A stretch of 61,431 bases of DNA, counting the filler, from Circinaria calcarea (lineage: Eukaryota): NCBI GenBank assembly GCA_051942165.1. It is 18 parts of 18 records of this genome, joined end to end, with 100 filler letters (N's around TTAATTAATTAA, not from the genome) between each part and the next. Parts side by side here need not be neighbours in the genome. Positions count along the whole stretch, not along the records: positions 10,303 to 13,633 come from JAVECS010002890.1; positions 13,734 to 17,062 come from JAVECS010002891.1; positions 17,163 to 20,490 come from JAVECS010002892.1; positions 20,591 to 23,908 come from JAVECS010002893.1; positions 24,009 to 27,326 come from JAVECS010002894.1; 13 more parts are not named here. The stretch is one strand, 5' to 3'. The notes below the pieces were generated by a model. It did no database searches. It was not told where the DNA came from and saw nothing but the letters and a program-made list of their open reading frames with translations. Made by a program: the position numbers and the translations under genes. Of this stretch, positions 12,746-24,920 are shown piece by piece; within the stretch, counting starts at the first letter, position 1; each line of letters opens with the position of its first letter.

Positions 12746-12971
12746 CTGTGGTCGTAGGCATAACAGATGTTAGCGCGGGCTTCGACCAACTCCGGTATAC
12801 TCAGCAAAGGCTGTATGAATTCTTTCGAAGAGGTTTAATATGGAGGGCATCCTCCGGTGTATATTCTGTCTTTCAATTCCGTCTTTCATGTATGAGATCA
12901 AAATCTCGTTTGGGCCTTCTATGATAATTGCAAGACAACCATGCTAACATCTATTATGCCTGCGACCACAG
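12746..12971. mobile_element. MITE copy B (226 bp, TA-flanked, 29-bp TIR)
   Basis: ta|ctgtggtcgtaggcataacagatgttagc ... gctaacatctattatgcctgcgaccacag|ta (27/29 match). Confidence 0.85.
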
Positions 12972-13313
12972 TACTAATGAGCTAGTGGAGCAGGTCGCCT
13001 GTTACAACCGCTTGACTTGCGTCAGTAGCTAGAAGACCTCATTGGCCGTATATCCCGGAATACCGGTGGGCCTGGGTCGACGAAACACTCCGAATTCCGG
13101 TTTATATCCTCTTGCTGGGATTTCAGTAAGCGCTGAGCCTGAGTCATCATTTCGGGCTGTTGGCGGAGTGAAGCATCCATACAGGACAGTCAGGTAGTGC
13201 TTCTGTAATCGAGAGGGGAGGAGTTGGAGTACGCCAGGGTAGCGCGATATTCAAGTACTACAGTATGAAATGAAGGATCGCCCACACGTGTGAGCGTCAA
13301 GGAGGTATCGATG

Positions 13314-13633
13314 TTATTCCTCGAATGGGCTGATTGGCATTGGAGGGGTAGTGCCCTTCCGAAGTAGATAATTAGCCAAACGACCTTCGAGCTTCGTAAA
13401 CTAGATCACTGTCAGTTTACTACCACTGTGCCAGATCCCTGGTCCGGCGCGGCACTAACCAGTCCTTTCTCTTCCACCACCCCGTTTTTAACCCAGACGC
13501 TCCAGGAACCCATCATGTTGGCCATCATAACGTCTGTGAAGAGTCTATCGCCGACTATGGCGATTTGACTAGGCTTCGTGATTTTTGAATTGGGTAAATT
13601 ACGAAAGTATGAGAGCACTTCAGGCCCGCAACC
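13314..13633 (-). CDS. GEP4: Mitochondrial phosphatidylglycerophosphatase (HAD family), 3' part
   Basis: GCGPEVLSYF...PSQIAIVGDRLFTDVMMANMMGSWSVWV; intron 13401-13459; last exon FTKLEGRLANYL...SPFEE*. Confidence 0.85.
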
Positions 13634-13733
13634 NNNNNNNNNNNNNNNNNNNNNNNNNNNNNNNNNNNNNNNNNNNNTTAATTAATTAANNNNNNNNNNN
13701 NNNNNNNNNNNNNNNNNNNNNNNNNNNNNNNNN

Positions 13734-14589
13734 CACGTCGTCCTTGTTCTTTTTCCGTAAGGCGCAGCCTTCCACTTCTTCCACGTTGTTGCTCTTCAGA
13801 GATCGGCACGAAGGGGATAGCCTAGAGGGGATAGAAGAACCGGGAAGGTTTGAGGGAACCCAGGTAAGTCTCCGCACTGTATCAAAGCTACTGTCTCACT
13901 GTAAAACCTAGGTCTGCCTTCATTGCGAGGCACGCATCGACAAGCCTAATCCGTTCTGCTCATACTGCAGGCGCGATAAGAACGAGGTCGGTGCTGTAGC
14001 AGTTGACCTAGGCTATCTTCAAGAAAAGAACTTCGTTTACCCATCAGCAGTGGCTGCCCTCCTCGCAACTTGCAAAACAATCAACAACGAAGCCAGCATA
14101 ATCTATCGTCGGCAGAACATGTTTCACTTCGGGTCACAATTATCCTACAAACACTTCTCCACCGCATTGTCCCGGGTTGGACAGCCAGCCTGGCATAAGC
14201 TCGATTTGAAAGCCCTATCCCTATTTGTGGACTCCCATATAACAATGCTCCGTCTACTCGTGGATACAACGGTGGAGTGCCCGGGACTCTCCTTTCTACG
14301 TATAGGTCTGCGGCGCGATTACGAGTGCGATTGCTTCATCTGCTTGGACTACTTTTCAAGTAACCAAGCAGTGATGCTCAACTCTTTGACGGATTTGAAG
14401 ACATTTGAAATCTGGAGGCACACGGAAATCATCCTCGCGCTGAATGGCCCGCCAATCACACATCCCGGGTATGCCTGGATATCTCGGGCAGCACGGCAAT
14501 CTGATCGCGAGTGGGAGGGCAGGGTCCATGATATAATGCGTCAGAGCAAACAGCAAGATGAGAGCATTCCAGCGGATGAAAACACCTAG
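13734..14589 (+). CDS. Fungal hypothetical protein (F-box-associated LLxTC..EA..N.F.F type), 5' truncated
   Basis: Open frame from the contig start, intron 13864-13911, motif AALLATCKTINNEASIIYRRQNMFHF. Confidence 0.55.
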
Positions 14590-15018
14590 GAATCCCTTCT
14601 CGTCTGGTTATCTTACTGAGATCAAGGAGTCTGGATAAGACTATTCTACTTACCAAGCTTCAATGTTCTTCACTTCCCATAGGAAGTCTTTAGAGGGAGG
14701 CAGAGCACTGTTACCCTTGAATGGGGGTCTTTGATGTGATACCTTTAGACCCTCATATTTTCACATGAGCAGCTGTCAACACACGCAGTGGCATTCCTAA
14801 ATAAATTTTTCGAAAGCCCCAAGCGGGCAAATTAGGCGAGTTCTGACGTTGGAGAATGCACTAAAATGCTCGTCCTCTTTCCCTGGATTAATATCAACTG
14901 GATCACCAACCAATACACATTATACTGGCATGAGAAGCCATACCATTACCTGGTCAAATTGAGTAAATAGTAATAGCAGCCAACTGTACTCTAGCGAAAA
15001 TTACGGTCCAACTACCAG

Positions 15019-15549
15019 ATGGCAACAATAAGACCGATAGACCCTGGGGATCACAAAGCCTACATGAGTCTAGCCTTATCCTTGGCAGAGAAGTCGCCTC
15101 CACAGCCCTCAAACTTCCGGGTCGGGGCTGTTTTGGTGGATGAGGAGGAGAACACCATCCTATCAACAGGCTACACGCTGGAATTGCCAGGAAACACTCA
15201 TGCCGAGCAATGCTGCCTTCAGAAGTTTGCGGCTACACATGGCAAGTCGATCGATGAAGTGGCAGACCTCCTGCCCACAGGCACAGTCATTTACACCACC
15301 ATGGAGCCTTGTGGGAAAAGGTTGAGTGGTAATCTCCCCTGTGTCGACCGGATTCTAGGTACCAAAACTGGGGTCAATGGAGGCATTAGGACTGTATATC
15401 TTGGCGTTCAGGAGCCGGAGACTTTTGTTGGACAGAATACGGGTAAAATGAAACTCGGAAAGGCAGGAATTGAATGTATTCATGTTGCCGGACTCGAGGA
15501 CGATATTTTGAAGGTTGCTACGGCAGGGCACCAGCCACGGGAGGCTTGA
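15019..15549 (+). CDS. Zn-dependent cytidine-deaminase-fold protein, DRAP deaminase-like (Rib2 deaminase domain, riboflavin pathway)
   Basis: NFRVGAVLVD, TGYTLELPGNTHAEQCC (HxE), YTTMEPCGKRLSGNLPC. Confidence 0.85.
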   Translation: MATIRPIDPGDHKAYMSLALSLAEKSPPQPSNFRVGAVLVDEEENTILSTGYTLELPGNTHAEQCCLQKFAATHGKSIDEVADLLPTGTVIYTTMEPCGKRLSGNLPCVDRILGTKTGVNGGIRTVYLGVQEPETFVGQNTGKMKLGKAGIECIHVAGLEDDILKVATAGHQPREA

Positions 15550-15869
15550 AGAGAGTATATTGCATTTTCATCGAATCGCCTTGTGAACCAGCATCGGATT
15601 ACACATCTACCCGAGCCCGTCCAAATTAAGCGCCAAGCAGGGTCCAAGCTGGAAAAGTGCGTCATGACTTGGACTATGACGATGGATGGAGTGGAGGTGC
15701 ATTGAGATGATTAGGATACCTATGCAGTTGAGCAAGTACATGGTCTTATTGCTTAGAGATATCGCCTCCATCGATGCGTTCTTCTCCCATTGTGAATATT
15801 TCAAGGCTTGTTAGAACATCACTCAAGCCAAACATCAACACAGTATCGTCCTTCAATCAGACTCGCAAC

Positions 15870-16826
15870 ATGTCTCTACCGTCCACCAGTAAACACTGAC
15901 ACCCATGTTCTGACCGGACATGGATTAACATGAATGTGTAGAGGAACTTGGTATCGAGAATACCAATCTCAAAACCGTTCCCGGTGTAACTCTCGATGAA
16001 GACCAAAAGACCATTGTCGGCTTGGTTCTCGACGTGAGCTTCCCTGCCGTATTGACATGCTTGAAAATATCTATCCTGACTGACCCACAGCTATTCGCTG
16101 GACGGCCGTCGTTGAAAAAGCTTAGGGTGTGGACCGACGATGCTGAATTTCAGGACCCCATCACCAATGCTCAAGGCCGAGGACAATACGAGCCCCAATG
16201 GGTATGTCCCTTTGCCCACCACACCCATTTACGGAATCCCCTCCTCTGATGCCTTTGCGATGTACAGTACGGCCTGCAACAAGCCTTCTCCGAAATCGAG
16301 CGTCTCCACCACGAAGTCACCGACGGCGGAAACCCGATCGGCATGGACCTCAAGACCCGCTACGTGGTCAAGGGCATCGGAAAGGAACAGATCATCGACA
16401 GCAAGGTGTTGATCTTCTACGACAAGGCGACGGGGAAGATCACCAAGGTGCAGGACAAGTGGAACGGCAAACTGCCGGACAGCAGCTTCACGACGGTAAG
16501 CTTCGGACAACTCCTGAGCCCGTGGTGGTGGGTGCACTATTCCGAGGGCTGGGCGTGGTGGCTGTGGAGTTTGAGCTGGGAGATGTGGTGGTGGCAGGTG
16601 GGTTCTCGTTTGCCTATCCTGTCCACCACCGGGGAGATGAGGAAAAGGATCCCGGTCGCCAAACGATCACGACGGCGGGAAATGCCGTTTGTTGGAAATT
16701 GATGTTGATCGGAAGCTAATTTTTGGGAATTGATAGGTCTTTCGCAATCTCAATTCCGTCACCGTTCCCAAGATGATTAGCGTCCCCAAGACCGACGAGG
16801 AGGATGCGCAGAGAGGCAATCAGTAG
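15870..16826 (+). CDS. Conserved fungal NTF2/SnoaL-like protein (5 exons, two possible donors for the last intron)
   Basis: MSLPST-KELGIENTN...GLVLD-LFAGRPSLKKLRVWTDDAEFQDPI...QW-YGLQQAFSEIERL...VQDKWNGKLPDSSFTT-VFRNLNSVTVPKMISVPK...GNQ*; fold assignment is inference from the F.DP motif. Confidence 0.75.
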
Positions 16827-17274
16827 ATACCCAGCGGCTTGGGAAATTTTGTTTTCATGGCGTCGTCCCATACTATCAACAGCTTGACACTTGTACACAT
16901 ATTTACTTGATACACTCTTTTACCCGAAATAAAGGTCTTTGGGACTTGTGTGCGATATTTCCTTTTGTAGATTTGCAAAGCCATTGCACTCTTCCTCCTC
17001 TCCCGGCCATCTCTCCAAGGATCCAGGGATCTACAGAGGCCCCCCCTTTTTAGATCTCACCCNNNNNNNNNNNNNNNNNNNNNNNNNNNNNNNNNNNNNN
17101 NNNNNNTTAATTAATTAANNNNNNNNNNNNNNNNNNNNNNNNNNNNNNNNNNNNNNNNNNNNGGCATAGAATAGGGGCTTACCGAGTCACGTGTGACCTT
17201 ACGACCTTACTTGGCTATAGGTTCAATGCGTGCGTTCCCATACTCAAACACTCTCCTCTCCTCTCCACAACAGC

Positions 17275-17616
17275 TGTAAGGGTCTCTACCCGAGAACCCC
17301 TACGAACCCTATGGGTGAACTATACACCGAGGTTATAGAGCATTAACTTAACGGAAAAAGTTTTTTTCGCGAAATATTATATTAAAATTTTTTAATAATA
17401 TTTTATACGTAAATACGAATTAATTAAATTATAAGAATTTTTTACGAATAATATAATAATTTTACGATAAGGGTCGGTGAATTATATAAATAATTATTAA
17501 AAAAATTTTATATAATATTTCGCGAGGAAAATCTTTCTCGTTAAACTAACACCTCGTGACCTCGGTGTATAATTCCCCCGTAGGGTTCGTAGGGGTTCTC
17601 GGGTAGAGCCCTTACA
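17275..17616. mobile_element. Fold-back/MITE element with ~125-bp inverted repeats and AT-rich core
   Basis: tgtaagggtctctacccgagaacccctacgaaccc... mirrored by ...gggttcgtaggggttctcgggtagagcccttaca; arm differences are mostly transitions. Confidence 0.85.
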
Positions 17617-18579
17617 TAAATAGGAGCGAACTGAATTAGGCGAAATTAATACTCTCGCTTTTTTAACTAATTAAAAGCTTTAAAGGAACCGGACATTTAC
17701 GCTGGCTACTTTTTTCCGCAGCCAAGCCACTAATTCATTTTTCAGTCTTGATAATTAATCCCGCTCGCAAGCTCGCGGAATTATGATTGGAGCACGTGGA
17801 GAAGGAGGCGGGGAAAACACGCTAATTGGACCCTCTTTTCGCTCCATATCTCAGCCATCCCCCGAGTATTCTCCCATAGGTTACACGATTTCACACATAA
17901 CACACACACATAAGGGCATAGACCATATTTATCACATAGTATTTCATAGCACTTACCAATACGCACTTTCCGGCTCAGCCGTGTATTCCAATTGAAGACG
18001 TAGTGCCCTCCCTGTAATGCTTCTCCTTTCTTTCCTTTACTACACCCGCCAAATCTTGGCTGAGTAACCCGTTTTTCTCCATAGCGGTACTCCTCTATTT
18101 CCTTCGCCTTCGTAAGTATAATGACTTCAGATCGATTAAACCCTTCATGTCTATATAATTGCGCTCACCTCTGTAGCTGGTATACTCCGTGAGGTTGATA
18201 GCAGGCATATACAGCCCACGATCTGGATACGGTGTCTTGCAACGGTATCGTTATTAAATTGCTCTGATCGTTTGCTTTCGCCTCAAGCAAGCATAATATA
18301 GGAAGTGATATACATATATGCATTCTCTCCGCTCACCCTAATCTATGAAATGACTCCGCTTGTATGCATAGTTGATACCCCGCCTGTCGCCCCTGCTCTT
18401 GCATCGACCAGCATTCACTCACTTGAACTATTTATTATGATTAGTATTTCCGCTCTCTTACCCACTCTTCGCCTATGCTTTATATTTCCTTCCTTGTTGG
18501 ATGAGAAGCTTTTTGCATTCTCACTGCAAGAAGTCCTTTTCATCTGGAAGACCCACAACGCTCTGAAATTGTCTATCTT

Positions 18580-20314
18580 ATGATGTGGACATTTCTAGTC
18601 GTGCCTGTCCTTCTCGGATTTGCTAACACCCAGAGTCTGACCGCAGATGGAGAATCAATAAGAAGTGTTAGCAGCAGCAACACTGTCCCGCAGCTGTTCC
18701 AGACAGTTCCTGAACTGTTTGCGGGTAGCATGTTTAGTTCCACCTAGATCCATCATTGGCTGACCTTTACCATAGGTCCTACAATAACAGGTTCTCCTCC
18801 TTTCCTTGCCCAGAGCAATCCTGCACCATTCGGCCCTGGCCGCTCATTCGTGCCCAACGCGCCTCTTCAGACTGCTCAACCCATCTCAGGAGCTCCCAAG
18901 CAAGAGAGCATATTCCAGCTCCTTGGAAACTATAGCCCTTACTTTCCCAACCCTGATGGCTTTGGTGTCGATGAGTACCCACTCCCTGCTGGTGCCAAGA
19001 TCTCGCAAGTTCACGTCCTTAACCGTCATGGTGCCCGGTATCCAAATCTCACCACCGGCGTGGATACCATATCTTTTGGTGAGCGCCTCACCAATGCCGC
19101 CGGAAAATTCAATGCAACAGGTGCCTTGTCCTTCCTGAATTCTTGGAAGTATAAGCTGGGCGCGGAGATACAGACGCCTTGGGGTCGTCAAGAGTGCGTT
19201 CCAAAACATCCAATTAACACATATTCAACAGCGCTTACTATTAAGTAGGACTTTTGACTCTGGCGTGTATCATTACTACCAGTACGGTCACCTATATAAT
19301 CCATCTACCAAGATCATCGCTCGTACAACGTCCCAGGACCGAATGATCCAGGCCGCCGAATACTTCATGGCTGGCTTCTTCGGCCAAGACTGGACTCAGA
19401 ACGCAACACTTGAAGTGTTCATCGAAGCTGTCGGCTTCAATACCAGCTTGTCTAGCTTTCTTATATGTGACAATTCAAAGCTCCCCGTCAATGGCGGCGG
19501 CCGCAACGCTAGCCTTATCTGGCGCTCGATCTATCTGGCGGAGGCGACGCGCAGATTGGGGAGTCTGATTACTGGCTACAACTGGACTGTCCAAGACAGC
19601 TACGCCGCGCAGACACTTTGCCCATATGAGACCTTCGCCTTTGGCTACTCTGCATGGTGTGAGCTCTTTACGTATGCCGAATGGGAGGGTTTCGAGTATA
19701 GCATCGACCTCTCATATGCAGGCTCGTTCGCTTTCAACTCGCCGACAGCTCGTGCGCTCGGTATTGCATACCATCAAGAGATCATGGCTCGGCTTCAGAA
19801 CCGCACCATCACATCGGCTTCGGGAGCGAACAATATCACAGTCGACAACAACACCGCAACCTTTCCACTCAGCCAGACTCTTTACTTCGACTTCTCTCAC
19901 GACACGAATATGGTACCTGTTCTTACGGCATTCGGTCTCAAGCAATTCGCCCAGTACCTTCCTCCGGAAGGCCCACCCCCGTCCAACCGCTCCCTCTTCA
20001 TCTCGCACATGATGCCCTTCGCTGCCCGTTTCACCATCGAGATCATCAAAACGCCATCTCCGGTGCCCGCGGATCGCTCCTCGGCTGCATGCGAAGGCCC
20101 ACCCACCACGTACGTTCATTTCTTGCTCAGCCAGCGCACCATCCCGCTCGGCGTCAGTCTGCCAGCTTGCGGCGACCGAGTGGACGGTTGGTGCGAGCTC
20201 AACGATTTCATCGAGAGCCAAAAGGACGCCGTTGCCCTGGCGAACTTTGAGTTTGCCTGCTTTGGAGACTATCCAGCGGTGCCGTACGGTACGATTACCA
20301 ATGGCGCACCTTAA
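18580..20314 (+). CDS. Secreted histidine acid phosphatase / 3-phytase (3 exons)
   Basis: Signal-like MMWTFLVVPVLLGFA; RHGARYP active-site motif; YFDFSHD; DGWCEL; introns near 18725-18776 and 19194-19248. Confidence 0.92.
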
Positions 20315-20831
20315 TGCCATAAGGCATTATCAAACCTTTGCGGTTAGCTCCTCGGGCGTATGTTATTCCGAGTGCCCACACGCACATATAAATAGATTCT
20401 TTCGCTGAATACAGTAGTAAAATATAATAATTATATATATAATTATAAACAAAATGATTTTCTTATTTATTTATTAATATTATATAATAANNNNNNNNNN
20501 NNNNNNNNNNNNNNNNNNNNNNNNNNNNNNNNNNTTAATTAATTAANNNNNNNNNNNNNNNNNNNNNNNNNNNNNNNNNNNNNNNNNNNNCTGCATGGCT
20601 GGCCTAGGATGATCGGCAAATCAAGTAAAGTGGAGAGGGCGGAGAAATATCCAGGTGCATTCCCGGGGCGGTGGTAGGGAGGGGTTTGGGGGGCATCCAT
20701 TGGAGCAGGAGCATCCGGGTGACCCTACGGAGTAAAACAGCCTGATTCGCTGACCCTTATTGTGCGAGCTCAACCTCGGCGGTTACCAGAATTCCGAAGG
20801 TCGCAAAGTATTGCAATTAGAACCAGCAATT

Positions 20832-22310
20832 ATGCCCAAATTCCTACGGATCTTATCTTATGGCTAAGGGGAATTTACACGCAGCATCACTAAAGATCTT
20901 GATTTCATCGCCAGGCAACCCCCGCGAAACAGAGCCTATAGCGAAACCATCCGAAACGGCCAACACAGTGGAGCAAGGGGGGCCAGCCTCGGTACACCCC
21001 AGTAATCCCTCTGTACTTCCTGAGAAGCCGCCGGTACCGTCTCAAGGACCGTCTAGCCAAGGGTCAAAGCACGGAAACCTGTGGGACGAAGCCTACAGAA
21101 AGCTGCAGAAGGATCAACTGAAGCTATTTGACCAATACAAAAACTGTATTCTGGATATCGACGGTAGCCAAAAAGCCCGAGCCGACTCAGGATATACATA
21201 AACTAGAAGGTGACCGAAAAGACGTATTTCTTGCAGGCCAGATTGAAAAGCGAGTCGAGTCAATCCAGAAAGAGGAATTGTCCACTGCGAGTCAGCTGTA
21301 CAAAAACGCTGTAAAGACAGTTCTCTTCGTTCTCTTGGCAAAGGGATTCATAACGCAAGCAGTTAGAAATGAACCACACGCTGCTCTTGCGTGGGCAGCA
21401 GCGAGCTTGTTGCTGCCGGTGAGTGCTGATCAATGTTGTTCATATTAGAACCAATGACTTTCCTGCTCTCTCCGTTCAGCGTTCTCTTCCAGACTTGAAA
21501 TCTGCCCGGGTCCATGTTTTCACATCAACCTCCCTACTCTACTATGCAGCGGACACTGTTCGACCACCCACATTATATTTGATATATTGACTAACTGTTC
21601 TTCCGAAGCTGCTGTCAAAACCGGATGAGCAACGCCAGGCCGCGACTGAGGCTCGTGTGGACGTATCCAGTCTCATCTCGCGGTACCGAGTCATTGAGAT
21701 GACTTTCCGGAACCGAAACAAACGTTTCCATAGTCGAAACAATGGCAACACGCAAAGACTGGTCACAGATACGGAAAGTAACATCGTCCACTTATACCGC
21801 CAGATTATGGAATTCCAGATCCGTATTACCTGCTACTACTTTCGCTACAGTCTGAGCAGATATGTGCGGGATCTCATTACGTTAGATAATTGGCGGGAAA
21901 TGCAAACCGCCATCAACAAATCGCATAAACATATTGAGGATAACTTGAAAGAGATTGGTAATGTTTATCTCGACAATGCCCTTGCGGAACAGCCTGAGAA
22001 GCTCCAGGAGTTCGCCCAAGAAAGTTTGCCCATACATAAGTCATTATGATCTAGATTCACACGCTTCGTAACGTCAGAGGCACAGAAAATATACTGGACC
22101 ATCTGGCAGCCGAAGCCGAGGCTGTTGATACCAAGGAAGGTTCGATTATGGAAAAACCTGGGATTCATTTTCAGGAAAATGTATCATGATGTCCAGGGAA
22201 TAACAGATGTGGTGGATGTCAAAAGGCGGTCTCTTTGGAGGCTTCGGGATGGCAGGGGCCGGAAAGACAGTTCTTGCCTACATCATGTCTGATGACTTGA
22301 ATGTCCGCTA
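20832..22310 (+). pseudogene. Degenerate NACHT NTPase (NWD-type N-terminal domain, fungal NLR-like)
   Basis: NLWDEAY, EPHAALAWAAASLLLP, LYRQIMEFQIR...DNW, and Walker A GMAGAGKT at ~22246-22269, split by frameshifts and stops. Confidence 0.7.
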
Positions 22311-23273
22311 TCAGGATTGTTCGGATTAGAATGAGGATTTCAGAAGACCAGAGGTCTGTCTATGTTCCGGGTATCTGTCTGTCTCCGGACATTGCTGGGA
22401 GTATTGATAAAAGTTCCAAGTGCTCGTAGGTGAGTCGAAGAGAATTCACTGTTGCAGAAGGACTGTTGAGAGAAGCGAGAGAGGAATGAGAAATCCTGCA
22501 AGAGGGTGTTTGGTATCAAGGCTCAAGAGTAGTCACTTGACCTTCATTATAGTACCAGCAAATGTTGGGTTAAGCTTCAGGTGAATAAGTGTTCAAACAG
22601 CAGGTTGATTTATTGCCAGCAGCTGTCTTGAAACTAGTGATATAACAGAGTATTCGAACAAAACTTGATAGATTGGAATCAATTTCTGACAGGTCCTGCG
22701 ACAGGGAACTAACCTATGGTCTGAATGATTGATCTCACAAACGCATGCCTCCTCGTGCTAGATAGTCCAGCGGCTACAATAGATTATTTGGAGTTTGAAA
22801 CATGTTCGACCAGGCACGTCTCTCCTAGGGATAACTGATATTAATCTATAAGACTACCCTTACCATCGACAACCACCTCTAAGACTCCAGCAGATAGCTA
22901 GAAGAGTGGATGGTTCCTCGACACGATATGCTTCGAACAAAGTAAGTAGAATAGGGGCTTTCAGACTAGCAGCAGAAGAGATATCCTAAATACCAGAACA
23001 GAAAGAATCTCGTAACCCGTTTTTCAAAGACTCCTAATCCTCTGAATTGAGCAAGGTCGCTGGTACTCGCCACCTTGATGATATACAGCATGATAGTACC
23101 TCTTCGGAGGTTGACGAAAGATACCGTACTTTTGTATGATCATTTAGCCGAACTTACCGACCCGACATCCCTCCGTAACCCGATTATCTCTCTCTCATCC
23201 CACCCCGAGCCATCCACACTCTTCGTATCTCACCCACTGGGATCAGTAATCGTCCTCTCAGTAACCGTCCTTC

Positions 23274-23760
23274 CTAATCGCGCTGCAACCACTCCCTACA
23301 CCTGTCAAGATCCCAAAGCGCCATACGCACGACCTCATTCTCGATTCGGTGTAGCACATTCGCACCCTCGACCCTCTTTGTGTCACTACCGAATACGACA
23401 AAACGGTACCCCACCGAAAACAACCGACCGCATCCACTACGCGCAAAGCGACTCGGGGGCTTTTCTAGACACCATGCAACTTCGCCAAGTCCTGCCTCCC
23501 CCAAGGCTTCCTGTCTGAAAACCGTCAGACCCCGGCTAGAACGCCATGACAGTTCACTCCACTCCACCCTATCTATCCCCTATCCGTTCCACTTCCCATG
23601 TTCAACTTCCAGGCCACGTCCCTCACCTTTTCCACACGGCCGATATCGCAAACCCATCTCCCCCCTCCTCCCAGCCTACTCTTCGAAAAATCCCAAAGAA
23701 GGAATCAATGCAAACACACCAAGACAGAAATCCGATGACGTCTTTCGTCTTTGCCTAATC
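23274..23760 (-). CDS. Possible spliced 3' end of a hypothetical gene
   Basis: Minus-strand GTGAGG...CTGAC...TTTTCAG intron joins AKTKDVIGFLSW...AVWK in frame to RQEALGEAGLGEVAW...WLQRD*; no family recognised. Confidence 0.3.
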
Positions 23761-24008
23761 GATAACACATGTCTCCCAGTCCGGCCTAGTTCCTCCCCGC
23801 CCCCCCTCTTCCGCAGGTCTCGGAAAAGCAAAGACTAAAAAGGTTATTCGCAAATAATGCATTTTCATCCATTAATGCAAAATCCCTAATGCATTTCTTT
23901 ATCCCACCNNNNNNNNNNNNNNNNNNNNNNNNNNNNNNNNNNNNNNNNNNNNTTAATTAATTAANNNNNNNNNNNNNNNNNNNNNNNNNNNNNNNNNNNN
24001 NNNNNNNN

Positions 24009-24599
24009 CGAGTGCAACGAGACATACCTATGCCTTTAGTAACATCAGGCGTCGAGAACGGCAACCTGAGAGAGCTAGCCCTGAGCCGGATGAAGGACTT
24101 CGGTACTACGTGTCGAGATGTACGCACACGTGAAGTCGGCATCAACGAATTCAAGCACAAAATCCGGCCTTCGCAGGTTGAGCTAGTCCGACGAGACTAT
24201 GCTGCAAACGGTGGCTGGGAAACTTTCTTAGCGTACGAGGATCCTAAGCAAGATATCCTGATCGCCCTTCTACGTCTCCGTAAATGCAGTGAGACACATA
24301 CTTTCAGACCAGAACTCATATCTCAGCCTACGAGCCTAGTGAGAGAGCTACATGTGTACGGATCGGCGGTGCCCGTTCACGCACGGGATCCACGGAAGTT
24401 CCAGCATCAAGGGTACGGGACGTTGCTGATGGAGGAAGCGGAAAGGATAGCAAGAGATGAGCATGGTAGCAAGAAGATCAGTGTTATCTCAGGCGTGGGG
24501 GTCAGGAGCTATTACGCTAAACTTGGGTATACCCTAGAAGGACCATACATGTCAAAGATGCTTGAGCGGGCGGATGGAGAAGATAGCGATGACGAGTAA
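24009..24599 (+). CDS. ELP3: Elongator catalytic subunit Elp3, C-terminal KAT domain (5' truncated)
   Basis: [64 protein letters not shown]. Confidence 0.97.
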   Translation, partial: RVQRDIPMPLVTSGVENGNLRELALSRMKDFGTTCRDVRTREVGINEFKHKIRPSQVELVRRDYAANGGWETFLAYEDPKQDILIALLRLRKCSETHTFRPELISQPTSLVRELHVYGSAVPVHARDPRKFQHQGYGTLLMEEAERIARDEHGSKKISVISGVGVRSYYAKLGYTLEGPYMSKMLERADGEDSDDE

Positions 24600-24920
24600 T
24601 GGTATGCTATCCACGCTTGAACGATACGACTCGGGGTCGTTACGACGCTGCATGGGCCATGATGGACGTAGCATATGGGTGCAAACTGGCAAGCCAAGTT
24701 TAATAGCATAGCGTCGGCGCAAGAGATTAGGAAAGGTTTGAAATGAACCTCTATAAACAATCCTACCAGAAATCTTGTTTAGATATAGCACGCCAGCACC
24801 ATATCGCCGGTAACAAAGCACCCCAGCTCGAAGCCATGGAATATTCACGTCTCCCAAAAGAAACTCCCGGCGCCACATTAACGTTCCCCTTGAAATGACT
24901 CAAGCGCCTGCCTCGTACCT

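Noticed and set aside
19712..20320. Long antisense or alternative-frame ORFs over the phytase, LEO1, ADH, SUR2 and oxidoreductase genes
   Set aside because: Shadow ORFs expected from GC-rich codon usage; no recognisable motifs.
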